From Seison nebaliae (Eukaryota), in contig JALJEE010001928.1 in NCBI GenBank assembly GCA_023231475.1, forward strand, positions 1 to 55,354: a DNA stretch of 55,354 bases, in the 5' to 3' direction. The notes beneath the pieces are model-generated. The model did not search any database. It was not told the origin of the DNA and worked only from the letters and a program-made list of their open reading frames with translations. Positions 13,301 through 26,143 of the stretch are shown in pieces (positions within the stretch are counted from its first letter, which is position 1; every line of letters starts with the position of its first letter). A program made the translations under genes and the position numbers.

Positions 13301-14543
13301 TTATCCAACTGATTCAAGATTAATAACGAGGACGAATGTAGAATTATTGAACAATGGAACTTTTAATGGTTCTCATTTGACATTTGAGAATGAATTTGAT
13401 CGAGAAAATCAGGAAGAATATGAATTCATTTTGCAAGTCATATCGACGGATGGTAGTTTTAATCGGACAAACATTGATCGCAATGATCCATCAATATTCA
13501 TCATTAATTTGGTAATTTTAGACATAAATGATAACGTGCCACAAGTTCTGGTAAATGGGAAATTTTTGGATGATAATCGTACAATTGAAGTGTCATTAAA
13601 TCACAAGAAACAATATAATGCAGATATCATTCAATTCGACGTATTTGATGCTGATAGAGATGATAATAGTTTAATGGATTATCATATTAATCAAGATTTA
13701 TATTCATCTAATTCACCAGAATATCCAAATTCACTCATATTTCGAATAGAAACCAAATTGAATGAGCAACCCCAAATCAGTTTCAATAAGAGAATAGGCA
13801 GTTTTTCTGTTAAACCGAAAGAATATATTCATGAACCAGATTATTGGTTCCACATAGAGTTAACAGTGGAAGATCGGGGAGCATTTTGCCATGCAACAAT
13901 GACTAATGGTTCATGTTCTAAAATTATCGACGTCATAATTTATGTGTTCAGTGAAAGGAATTCGGTTATGTTGAATATTGATGATAAAATGGCTAATGTT
14001 GAGAGGAATTCACCAAATTTAAAGAACGAATTAAAAGAAGTATTGGGAGGTGATGTTTATATACAAAATATCCGACCAACTCTTACCAACAAAACTATTG
14101 TGACATTTCATTTGATAGATGAAGATCATTCGATTGAGAATAATGAAATCATCGTTCAGAAATTAGATCGTTCTGAACAAATGACTCAATTATTCAAACG
14201 CTTCTCCATTAGAACCATATTCGCAACAAACAGCATTGATGATGAAGATGAAATTGACGACAATGGAGAAGAGAAAGCTAAACGAAAATATGTCAAATGG
14301 CTAATTTTAACTTCTGCAATCGCTGTATTTATTCTGGTTATTATTATAGTGATGTTCTTCCTTCAGAGAAAGATGTTCCAAAGGAAATTATATTCATTGA
14401 AAGCGTTGGAAAGTACGTTATTTGTCAGAAAAATATTAAAAATATTCAAGAGACAATCCTCCACTAGAAATTCTTTGACAGTCAGTGAAGATTTATTTCT
14501 CAATTCTTCTGCCAGGAAACCTCCTTTGAGTAGTATTGGGTGA
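7348..14543 (+). CDS. Large non-classical cadherin, Cad87A/CDH23-related, about 27 exons and roughly 1900-1950 aa
   Basis: Signal peptide MKIFLLFLFINFIRG; cadherin motifs AYDLDE, VDYE, DQPDQPPIF, AIDGDKGINA, AMDGG, ATDPDPFELG, ASDRGEP, FDRENQEEY, ILDINDNVP, VFDADRD; membrane-adjacent domain, TM WLILTSAIAVFILVIIIVMFFL and a short tail. 26 introns placed by frame. Subfamily call is inference. Confidence 0.9.
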
Positions 14544-14931
14544 ATAATAATTTAATAAAAATTTAAATTTTCTTCAATTATTCTGTCAATTACATTTTTT
14601 GATATCAATATACCTAGTAATCTCAAAGTAAGTGACTATTAAGTTTTAAGGGCCGGATTTAAAAAATATTATTAACTAACTTTAAGTATTTAGGAGCATT
14701 CAAGTTAGTTTTAACGAAATTGACATGGGAAAAAATCGTAACATAATTCAAAAGAACGCGGATTATATGGAGGAGTTTAACAGTTGTAGACTTGTTCAAA
14801 GTAATTTAAAATTGTTATTAATTACGTTAATCAGATTGTCTGAATATTTCTTTTTTTTTCAAATTTGAAGCCAATCAACATTTTGTCCACATTGAATTAT
14901 ATTATTATACAACGGAGAGAATTCAAAACGG

Positions 14932-16616
14932 ATGTCGAACGAAATGAATGATAGTAGTGAGAGCTTGTCAAGTGATGAGAAACATCGAAGGAAATTGAAA
15001 CATAAAGAAAATAAACGTCGAAAGGAACGAAAAGATGAATATTCAATGCAAGAACCAGAGAGCTCTCAGAAAGAAAATGGAAAAAATGAAAGGGAAGATA
15101 CAGTGGAGTATAATTGGAAAATAGAAAACGTGAATGATCTGACACCATTGAAAGAATTTAGTGTTGATGAGAACGTGAAGAATAAAAGAAAAGAAAGATT
15201 TTTTGGTAAAATGTTAAATGGAGAACGGAAGATAATTGATAAGGAATTATCATATTTCAACGTATTCCGATTACATCCAGATGTTAAGATTAAATATGAC
15301 GCTGCTAAAAAATTTGTTACAGAGTCAACTAATAGATTTGAGAATATTCTCAAACAGAAACGTCAACAGAAGGAGCAATTGGCTGAAATAAAGCGGCAAC
15401 AATGTCTAAATTTTATGTGTCGGTTTTTATCGAAAATTTATTTTTTATTTTTTTCTAAATTATTTTTGAAAGAATTTATGTTGGCAGTCTCCATTACGAT
15501 TTGAATGATGTGACAATTCGAATGGCATTCTGTCCTTATGGACATATTACAGATTTGAATCTAGTCATCGATCAACAGCAAAATAAACATCGTGGATATG
15601 GTTTCATTGAATATACGACACCAGACGCCGCCCAATTGGCCATCTCTCAAATGAATAATACGACATTGGGAAAACGAACGATTAAAGTGAGTCGACCAAC
15701 TAATATGCCTCTCGCACATAAAGTTGTTGAATATTTCCAAAAATTGGCAACTGATAATTATACTGTTTATCTCACAAATATCCAACAACCCGCCACAAGA
15801 AAAGAAGTAGAAGATTTAGCTGCTAAACAAGGAAAAATCGTCTCATTTGATATGCCACATGAAGATAATAAACATTTGTTACTCTTTTATTTTGAAAAGA
15901 AAAAATTCAATTAATATTTTAGATCATATTGTTATGTAGAATACGAAGATTCTCGAACAGCCAGTTTAGCTGTTATTAATTTGAATCAAGAACAACTTCA
16001 TGGCGTCTTATTGAGAGCATGTCGTTGTGTTACACCGAAGAATTGGGCCGATTATATCATCATACAAAAAACAGCTCAGGGTCAATTCATTTCGATGAAG
16101 ATGAAGGAAGAGAACTCTGAAACTGAACGAATTGTTCCTCTTCTTCCATTTCAAACGAATCCAAATTCACAGAATTTGAACAGGCAAAAATTGAACAAAA
16201 ATTCATTAACACAATCGGGCAATGTTGGATTACAACCCGATATGTTGACTGATTCAAATTTGTTGAGTGTCACACCAGCACTTCAAGTGATCGTGGGACA
16301 TGATAAAGATCAGGCCGCTATTAATCCACTTACTCGGACGACACTAACAAATCGGGTCCTGTGTTTAGAGAATATGGTGGGCAAAGAAGAATTGGAGAAC
16401 GAGAGATTACCATTGGAAATAAAGATGGAATGTAAGAAATATGGAACTGTACAGAATGTTAAAGTTACATTGACTGAAGATCAAGAGAATGTACGGATTT
16501 TCGTTTTGTTTGCTGATCATTTACAATGTCAAACCGCACAGAAATTACTGCAATCACGATTGTTTGACAAACGAAGAATTTCTGCCTGGGTTTACCCTGA
16601 GAATCCTTTTTGTTGA
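14932..16616 (+). CDS. PUF60: Poly(U)-binding splicing factor PUF60/half pint (RRM-RRM-UHM), 3 exons
   Basis: RQQCLNFMCR|IYVGSLHYDLNDVTIRMAFCPYGHI..KHRGYGFIEYTTPDAAQLAISQMN..LGKRTIKVSRPTNMPLA..; C-terminal VLCLENMV..ECKKYGTV..VRIFVLF..RLFDKR. Introns 15423-15472 and 15878-15922. Confidence 0.93.
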
Positions 16617-19600
16617 ATTTAATATAATAACATAATAACTCTTATTATATGTTTTCCTTCATCTATTAAATATAATTATAATGGAATTTTAATTCAATTT
16701 GAACAAGTGTAAAATAACAATCTGTATCTATTGATGATCTAGATTCTAGAATATCTAGATTTGGAAGTAAAAATAAACGAGTTAACCTTCTTTTACTTTA
16801 ACGAAAGGAAGTTCGGGGAGAAAATTTCTTACACAGTTATCTTTTTCATTGTTTAAAGTGAGTCCACGACCTCAATATTCCTTGATTAGTCAAATAGTGT
16901 CTTCTCTTTTATTTTCTCATAGTTTTTTAGTATTTTCTGTAAAATGAATTTATATTTATTATATAATTTATAGTTTCTGTTTTTGTCCGAAAAATTTCCT
17001 GATAGTATTAGAAAAATTTCAGGATTAGTTATAAATTTGAAAGACGATGACATTATAGTGAATGTTTTTTAAAGATTTCAAACGATAAATTTAATATCGT
17101 TCATTGACGGTTTCCAAGAATCAACGTATTTCTCAAATACGTTTTCTTAGACAATGAACAAAATGATATAATTAGAAAGATATTATGTTCGATGTATAAA
17201 AACATCTTGATAAAAAAGAAGATATTAAGTTTTGATCGATTTTGTTGATCAGTTAGTTATCTAAATATTTATTTAGTTTGTGTCATCGTTTTCTTTGACC
17301 GGAGATGTTCGATGTTCAATTCGAATGCATCATCTATCGACTGATATTTTTTAATTGTGAAAAAAATTGATAGAAACCTATCTACATCAACTGTTAGTGT
17401 TGAGAATCGTAAAATTGAACGAATGATTGAATTCAAAGTTCTCAGTGAATGATGTAGCGGGATCTCCTATGAACAATTCATCTACAACAAACTAAGAGCG
17501 TAGTCTCACGCACATGTATGTATACATGCACAGCGTTAGTTGCTCATCCGTCTTATATATTTATTTCGTAGTTTCTCTCTTAAATCATTTGAGGATAATT
17601 TTTCTTTATTTTCTGATTAAATTTAATAATATTCATACGAATTTCAATGTGAATCTCTATCACATTGAAATTCGTACTCTATCTCTATCTATCTGAAGAT
17701 GATAATAGTTGGATTAATAGCTACGTGAACACACATACCTACAAGTTCATATATGAGAATATACACATAAATAAGCTCTCCTAATCATCCAGCTCCTTAT
17801 GATTATTTCCATTATTTCTACAATAAGAAGAAGTATCGTGAGAGAAGATTGGATGGAGGACGCGTACGACACATCAATGAAAGTTTATTGAAGCGTAACA
17901 ATGAAACGAAGAAGAAAAAACTATAGGAAACTTTCCCATTTCGTTTATGATAAGAACAAAACACCAATCGTGAATGATTCATTTTTCAAACATCCATTTT
18001 CCTTTCCTTTTTTTGCATCTAACTTTATCAATATTGACATCAACTAAAACACTATATCATCACAACTTCTAATTGAAAATATGTCCCTTTTTTAACCTTT
18101 CACACATTTGCCTTTTACGCAATTTACCCAAATCTAGAAAAGGATTTTTTTTGATTTTTGAAACATCCCTTTTTTTTCAGGAGAATAAAATAATTGGCGT
18201 GGATGAGAAAGAAATGAGTCTAATCAATACAATGAAATCAGATAGACATCAGATATTCTTCCTCATCATACCTTCACGTTCATCTAATTACCAATGAGTA
18301 TGATAAGATCCGACGACAATCGGACAACTTATTAATCAATTCAATGAAATCCATTTATTTATCAATATTATCATCACTAAATGTAGATGCTTTACGTCAT
18401 CATTATTCTTTCATGTTCCTCAATCTTTCTTTTCTCAACCATTCCTATTTATTTTCTGATGAATTTATGACGACAATCCCAATGTGAAATATCGTTTCAT
18501 TAAAGGAGTTTCTCTTACATGAAGAGTCTTTCGATAATCTCCGATCATAAATAATACTCCATTTTTTATCTAACAAATTCTATTCGCCGATCTACCTTAT
18601 TCGTCCCAACAATCAATCTTTCCCGATGTGATGTGACCACGAGAAGTATTTGTCGTATTATTGAAAGTGGATGTAGTTATGAGTGGCGAGTGAACCTCAT
18701 TGTCATCCATTATCAATGTGGACTATATAAACAATTGTTACCAGAATTTCATCATTGTAAAATTTATATTCGTTTACGAATCAATCATGTAAATGATTCA
18801 ACAAATAGAGAAAAAGATAAAACAAATTATTAATTGTCGATTTGGATTCGATGAGTTTTCTTCGTTTTCTTCAAGTAAAGTTCACTTTTGCTTTACATTT
18901 CTAACGTCAAATGTGAAACGTAGTTTATTTTAAAAAATGATTGAAATGACAAGCGACATCGTCCAGGTTTGGATGGAAGAGATTCATAAAATTCTTTCCA
19001 ATGCTGAATCAAACTCTAGCGTAATTTAGCTTGTGTGAATATGGTTGTTGTCTACACTTCTTTCAACATTGTTCTATTAACTAATCCTATTCAACGTTGT
19101 AACTGAAATGGATATGTGGAGAGTATAAAGTATCGTGGATGTAACACAAGTAAGTAGAACAAGGAAAAAACACTTTACATTAGATCTGGATAACTCAAGT
19201 ATGGATATGAAACGGGTATGGAGGGACGGAGAGTAGTTAAGAAGAAAGTAATCGTTTATCATCATTTCTAATTTTCATACTATCGCTATAAACGTTAATC
19301 ATTAAAGATATTCGTTGTCTATTTGTCATCAATTTCATAATTCGATAAGGCCTCTACTCTAATGACATTGACATATGGTGAACAACATTATTATTGGTCG
19401 TTGACGAATTAATATGGGTAGGAATAGCAAGTTAAGTTTTAGAGGGAAATCATTAGAATCTCAATATTTAATTTAGTTATCGTCTTCAAATTGGTAAGTT
19501 TTCAGATGTCATTCGATAAATCCCAATCAAAGTTTTCTTTAAACACTTTTCATTATTTTTCAACTAAACTATCTTTCATCGAAATATCTTTCAATAAAGT

Positions 19601-19788
19601 TTCTAACGAGAAAACTTATTTTGGAAAAAAATATCTATCACTCCTTATCGAATAAATATATATGTAATTGAATAATATGAACATGGATTATTGTGCTGTA
19701 GTGATTTACAACTTTAAATTTCTTTCCATTTTAGAGTTTCTTAAAATTAATTTAAAGAAGAAAAGAACTTGATGATCTATTGACAAAC

Positions 19789-22165
19789 ATGCCTTCTCAT
19801 CGTTCGAAGCAACAATTCCATGGAGAGGAAAGTAGTAAAGGAGGAGATATGAGTCCCCAAGCAGCTGCTTTGTTGGCCAAACAAATGATACAAAGCAAAG
19901 GTAAACATGGCGCTTTCTTAAAGAATGCTCAACCGGGACAATTTTTAGGATCAGAAATTGTTTCCTCTAGTGGCAAAGGACGTAGACAAGGTCATCGTCA
20001 TCATCATTCAGCTCATGCGCAAACCGCTTCCTCATTCCAGAAGGGTTCCAAACGATTCTCCGACGGATCTGAGAATTCGGAAAGTACGGGTTCTTCTGAG
20101 GAGAAGTCACGCAACACTGGAAACACCGGAACAACTTCTGTGACGACCAGTTCAGGCTCATCATCTTCCAGTTCTTCTTCCAGTTCATCTGGTAGTTCAT
20201 CTGGTTCATCCAGTGGACAACGAGCTGCTCGAACTAAATACAGTAAAGCTGCTGCTTATCAACAAATGCAAAGTGGCGGTGCAATGAATTATGGCGGTGC
20301 AGAAATGCATTCAGCTCAAATGATGCAAAACGGTAGTGCTCATGGTCATGGTCACAGTCAAATGGGACAAGAGGATGGAGGTTAATAATATTTATTGAAA
20401 AAATATAAAGGAAAAAATTCGAAGTTCTCTCTTTCTGAATGAAAAAACGGTGTGAGAAAAATGAATTAGCCTTCTCTCTTTTTTCTTTAAATGTCTTTAA
20501 CTGGTTTTTACGAACATTTGTAAGAATATGATTTTGCAGGACGATACGTTACTCGAGAACGTGAATATTATCGACGACCACGTGATGTTATTCGATGTCC
20601 AACACCACCTCCTCAAGTACGACGAGTCGTCGAACGAGTACCAACACCACAAGTTAATTCTTCTATTATCATTATTATGATATTGATTATCGATTTCATT
20701 AATTTCCATTAGGCGGCAATTATTGAGAAAGTTGTTATTCGACCAAAACCTCAACAAATTATTGAGCGAATCATTGAAAAACCATCAACACCCCCACCAA
20801 GAATTGTACGACGTGAAGTTTCCGAAGAGGCTCCACCACCAGTTGTCCGTACTCGGTTTGTAATTTAAATTTAATATATTTAATATATTATTTTACTTCT
20901 TTTAATTCTAATAGTGTTGTCAAAGTGGGAAATGATGGACCAGGTGAACCGTGAGTTTCTTTTTTATATATTCACTTAAACTTCGCTATCCTTATTAATC
21001 CGCTGCTAATATTTTTCTAACCGAATTTCAAAGTTCGCTATACAGTTCCACTCGACCTCAGTCACGTCACGATAATTCTTATGCTCAATATGAGGATGAA
21101 AACGATATGATGAATGAACAAATGGAAAGACAAGAGAATATCGTTTCTCCATCTATGTCCATTTATTCGACAGCGGCAAAAGAATCTTTACAAAGTTATG
21201 GTGATACGCAAATGTTCAACTATGGTATGTCTACAATGCCAATGGCTACACCTCAAAATCATTGTATGTCTTGGATACAACAACCGTTACAAAATCAGAT
21301 GATGATGCAATACCCGCAAGCTATTGCTCAGAATTTTGATCAAAATGCTGTTATGGGAAATTCGATATCATTGAGATCTTCCGTTGATCGACTTATGAGT
21401 CATAATCCAAACACTTATAACATGCCGTCACACATGAATAAGTTTAACAATTTTCCTGATATGAACAATAGTCGATGCCATTCAACTCGTCCACCAGCGA
21501 TCGATGAAGACATTTCTGATCATTTAAGTATTCTTTCAATAGCTGATGTACCTAAAATTCCGAAATGTATTAAAAATAATGAAGATCAAATGATGTCACC
21601 TTCTCAACGAACAGGAACGATTCCATTCCGGAAACCTCATAAACAAAAATTTCGAAAGAATCCCAATCTTCAATATATGCCTTACAGATCGCACCGTCCT
21701 CGATATAACGGTAGAAATGTAACATCACCACAGAAAGTGAGAGAAAATGAAGAAATGAATATGTCAATGTCATTGAATGACAATCATTCGAATTTCAATC
21801 CTTCAAATGGTTTAATTCGAACTTCATCTACAACGACATTATTAGACGCTCAAGCAATGACAATAGACAACATGTCTGATAATTATTCAGAATGGAATGA
21901 AGATTATGGGAAAGTGGATCATATAAATAATGGAACAAATCAATATCCAATGGTGGCATATAATCAACAGGTACAATTGCCGATGCAATCACCGATGCAT
22001 TTTGGTCAACAACATATTCAACAATCGCTCAATCCACCAATGCTTATGTATCCTCAAATGCAATCGTATATGCCAAGAATGCAATATTTCCAAACACCAT
22101 TTTCTTTAAATGCTCAACCTTACAACACGTTCGGGAATCAATATCCTTTGTCCCAAATGTTCTAA
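19789..22165 (+). CDS. Hypothetical low-complexity protein A (Ser/Gly-rich N-terminus, PTPPP core, Met/Gln/Asn-rich C-terminus), 5 exons
   Basis: ORFs 19780-20385 and 21107-22165 join in frame through introns 20381-20539, 20653-20712, 20856-20914 and 20951-21033. Confidence 0.8.
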
Positions 22166-22687
22166 TAATGAACATGTAGAAAAACAGAATGAGGGAGTGT
22201 TGAATGGACCTTTTAAAATGATAAATCTTTTGACAATTATCCCAAATTTCATTCGTGTTTCATGAAAATTGACAAAATAATATTTTCTCGTTGTTGAATT
22301 GTCGATTATTTGCATCAACATGCATCACTAACTTCTTTTTCCGTATTCATAACGTGACAGTGAAGAGATGTAAGAGGAAATGAACAAGATGAGAGAACTT
22401 CTTCGTATTCTCTTATCTTCACCATTTTCGCACTTCTCTTGTTCACCTCTGAATAGAGAATTGTAATTGAATGAATTACACCGATCTCCGTCTCCTTTTC
22501 ACTCCATGCTCACAAGTGTAACATTTGAGATATTATCTATGTCTCGAATTATATCGAATAATATTTTGTAACTTTTATTTTAACAATATTTCCCAAATTG
22601 CTCATACTTATCAACACCTATCTCATTAAATTCTTTTTCACTTAACAATAATTTAAATTTTTACTTTAATTCTACTTAATTTGTTAA

Positions 22688-24323
22688 ATGACTTATCGAA
22701 GAATGCCTCAACCTATGCCACAACCTGACATGATGCCTGAACCTATGCCTGCACCAATGCCCGCTCCTATGCCGGCACCGATGCCTGCTCCAGTTCAGCG
22801 ACCACGACGACGACGTCCTCGACCTGCACCAATGCCAATGCCAATGCCAGCTCCAATGCCAATGCCAGCGCCAATGCCAATGCCAATGCCACAACCGTCT
22901 TTCGAGTCGATGCCAATTCAATCATCTAGTTATGCTGAATTCCCATCCAGCAGTTCGTTTGATGAAGGTTTTGACATGGGAGGTTATGAAGATTTTGGAG
23001 AGCCGATGCAAATGGAACCTATGCAAATGGGACCACCACCACCACCTCCAATGATGCAAGCCCCAATGCCTCCAATGCAACAACAGGAAGATGAATTCGA
23101 ATATGGTTGGCTTCATTTCGGATATGGTCCAGTAGCACAATGTGGACCAGGAGAAGAATTAGCTGGATATATTGTTCCAGTCATCGATCAACCAGGAGGT
23201 GACGATGATTTCCAAGATTATGGATTTAGTTATGAACCAATGTTACCCCCAAGTGAACCGTTACCACAACCTCCACGACCAATTTATGCTCCACCTGCTC
23301 CACGACCATTTGGCCGACCAAAACGACAACGTCGTCCAGATATTCAAATTGAACCTTATCCAGTTCAAATGCCAAGTGGATCATTCTCCGGAGGAGATTA
23401 TGGACCACCACCAATGCCTTCAAGAAGTTATCGACGAGGACCACCACCAATGCCAGCTCCAATGCCAGCACCGATGCCAGGACCAATGTTAGGACCAATG
23501 CCAGGACCAATGCCAGGACCTATGCCAGGACCCATGCCAGGACCTATGCCAGGACCAATGCCAAGACGGTCAGCATCGTTCTCTTCAAGTGGTTATGAAT
23601 ATCGAGGAAAATACCAAATGAATCAACAACAAGCTGAACCAAAATATATCATGAGAGAATATTATATGGGACCGGCACCACCACCTCAATATCGACAGGA
23701 AAGACAACGTCTTCCAACTCCAAGTACCCCAAGTACATTAGAACAAGTTTCGAATTAATTCTTTAAAATAATAGTACACATTTTAAAAAGGTTGTGGTCA
23801 AACCAAAACCACAAGAAATCATCGAGAAAGTTATTTACAAGAAGAATACTCCACCTCCACAGGTGCGCATGAGATATGAACAAGGACCTACACCCGAACC
23901 TGTATACAAAGAAAGGTAATCTTCTACATTAAGTTTTCATTTTAAATATTCTTTTATCTTAGACAACAAAATGTACCACCAGCGCCACATCATTTCAAGA
24001 ACAATCCACCACCTGTCGATTGTTCGGGACGATTCCATGGTAATACTCAAAGTGCGGCAATTATGCAACAACATGGCGGTATGTCGGGTGGTATGTCTGG
24101 AGGTATGTCTGGAGGATATTCTGGCGGTATGTCTGGAGGTATGTCTGGAGGTTATGCTGGTGGTCAATCAGGTGGATTTTCCACATCTAGCCGTCGCATG
24201 AAGAATGGAAGTGGAAGTTTCAGACAAGGAATGGAAGGACAAGATGGTATGTCATATATGACATCACGAAGTGGTCGTTATACTGATTCCCAAATGGGTG
24301 GCATGAATCCAATTATGGAATAA
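22688..24323 (+). CDS. Hypothetical Pro/Met-rich protein B with PTPPP core and GGMS tail, 3 exons
   Basis: ORF 22688-23758 joins ORF 24063-24323 in frame through introns 23747-23790 and 23916-23962; the core aligns with protein A. Confidence 0.82.
22702..22895 (+). repeat. Coding (PMPA)n/(MP)n repeats
   Basis: atgcca/atgcct hexamer arrays encoding PMPAPMPAPMPAP and MPMPMP. Confidence 0.9.
23446..23563 (+). repeat. Coding 12-nt tandem repeat (PGPM)n
   Basis: ccaggaccaatg/ccaggacctatg units. Confidence 0.9.
24075..24165 (+). repeat. Coding 12-nt tandem repeat (GGMS)n
   Basis: ggaggtatgtct-type units encoding GGMSGGMSGGMSGGYSGGMSGGMS. Confidence 0.9.
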
Positions 24324-25296
24324 ACATTCTTCACGAACAAAATATCGTCAATGAAATTAACTTTAGACACAAAAAAAACTCTGTTTTCTTTAAATTATTT
24401 TTTTAACTTTCCTTTCCTCCTACCATATAACGGATAGCATTATTGTAATTTCCGTTCACTTTCTTTTATTATTCACTTATTTGATTTGCAACTATCGGCA
24501 ACGATTTATCTCGTTACTTCTCTTTCGTTTTTATCATCCGTCTGAACAAATTTATTTATGTTGTGAACAACAGATATTATTCTCGAAAAATATTATTGAT
24601 AGAAGATCCGACAGTTTAAATGAATTTGAAACCATTACATTTTCATCATTAGCCATTATTCATGAAGATCTTCCTTCGACTTTTTTCTTATTTCATTCAC
24701 TCTTTAATTCTCATCTAAACTATTTCCTTTCCAATATTTCTTCTAAAACTTTTATCTGTTACATAACTCAATCTCACCTCAATTCTTTTAATTTCAAACA
24801 AAATCATATCGCTACGATGTGTACATTCATCACAATATCTCTCACAGTATGAAACAGGTAAGAAGAAGGAAAAAGAAGAACGATAAATAAAATAATAAGA
24901 ATCGAAACAAAACGAGAAAGTTATCGGAGGAAAGAAAAAGAATTTTTCAACAAAACTCCAAAAATCGAAAAAAAAAATAGATTAGATGTTCTATCTCTTC
25001 CCTAACAATTTTATTCAAACTGTCCATCCTTATCTTTTCAATTCATTTCTTGCATCATTCTTCATCTTCTAACTTTATTGAACATTTTTACTCTCAAATT
25101 ATTTTTCATGATATTATAATATTTCGCAACATATTTTTCGCTTTCTCAATAAAAACCGAAACTATTTTGACATTCAACTGAAAATGACCTTAAGATAAAT
25201 TTGGAGAAATTTATTTCACCTGAACATGCTAAATTCCAGTGTACTTCTATAAAAATTCATGATAATTTTTATTAAAACTATCAAGAACTTTTCAAG

Positions 25297-26027
25297 ATGA
25301 AACTTTTCTTAATACCTTTCTTTCTTTTTGTGTCTGTGTGGAGCGATGTGGATATAATGCGTGACTTCTATCTGAGAACCATTCCTCAAACTGTCCATTC
25401 ACGAATATACGGTAATTCACGTAACGCCCATCCATTCCGTGTATATTACGACGATCCATTAATCATGAGTTCTGAAAATGCCAATGCCGGAAAAGGTACA
25501 ATTGGATATAATGATGCTCATTATAATCATTATGGTGTGCTATATAAAAATAGGAATTTGGATAACAATGATGAAGAGGATGATGAATTGACAGATGATG
25601 AAGAAGCAGAACGAGATAGTTTAATATTTGAAATTTATTATTTTTCATCCAAATATAATTCAAACAGATATTTTGGCTCGAGAAAAGAATTGTAATGTTA
25701 TGTTGGCACAATTACTCGCAAGTATGTTCAAAAATCGTCGACGACCGACAAATCAATTACGACGGGATGTTCGACGATTCCGAGATAGATATGATTCGTC
25801 TGGATGTGCAAGTTTTCTTCAAATTCCTTCTACGATAATATGATTATATAAATTTTATGAAAATAGGTTATCAAACAGCTTGCAAAAATTGGAAACGAGA
25901 CTTTAAAACTCTTCGAAATTGGATGAGTGATGATCGACATTTATCTCCCAAACAAAAGAAACAATTCACTTATCGATTGGACTTGTATCGATATTCATTG
26001 GACTCAGAATATTGTGGTAGAGATTAA
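25297..26027 (+). CDS. Hypothetical secreted protein, about 208 aa, 4 Cys, 3 exons
   Basis: Signal peptide MKLFLIPFFLFVSVWS; introns 25619-25667 and 25812-25866 give an open frame ending ..SLDSEYCGRD-stop. Confidence 0.78.
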
Positions 26028-26143
26028 AAGAATTGTTTATAGAGAAAATTTTCAAACCATTTTTGGAAATATAAAGGAAAGCAAATATTCAGGATTTCGA
26101 CTTTGATTCATTTAAATTCTCTTTAAATTTATTTCAAATAAAA

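Noticed and set aside
16617..19490. Short ORFs in the gap upstream of protein A
   Set aside because: No recognisable motifs or coherent exon chain; probably regulatory or UTR sequence.
22676..23510. Minus-strand WHWHW and LVLA repeat ORFs
   Set aside because: Antisense readings of the Met-Pro repeats.
23446..24165. Short tandem repeats as a possible CRISPR array
   Set aside because: Contiguous coding repeats without unique spacers; eukaryotic context and no cas genes.
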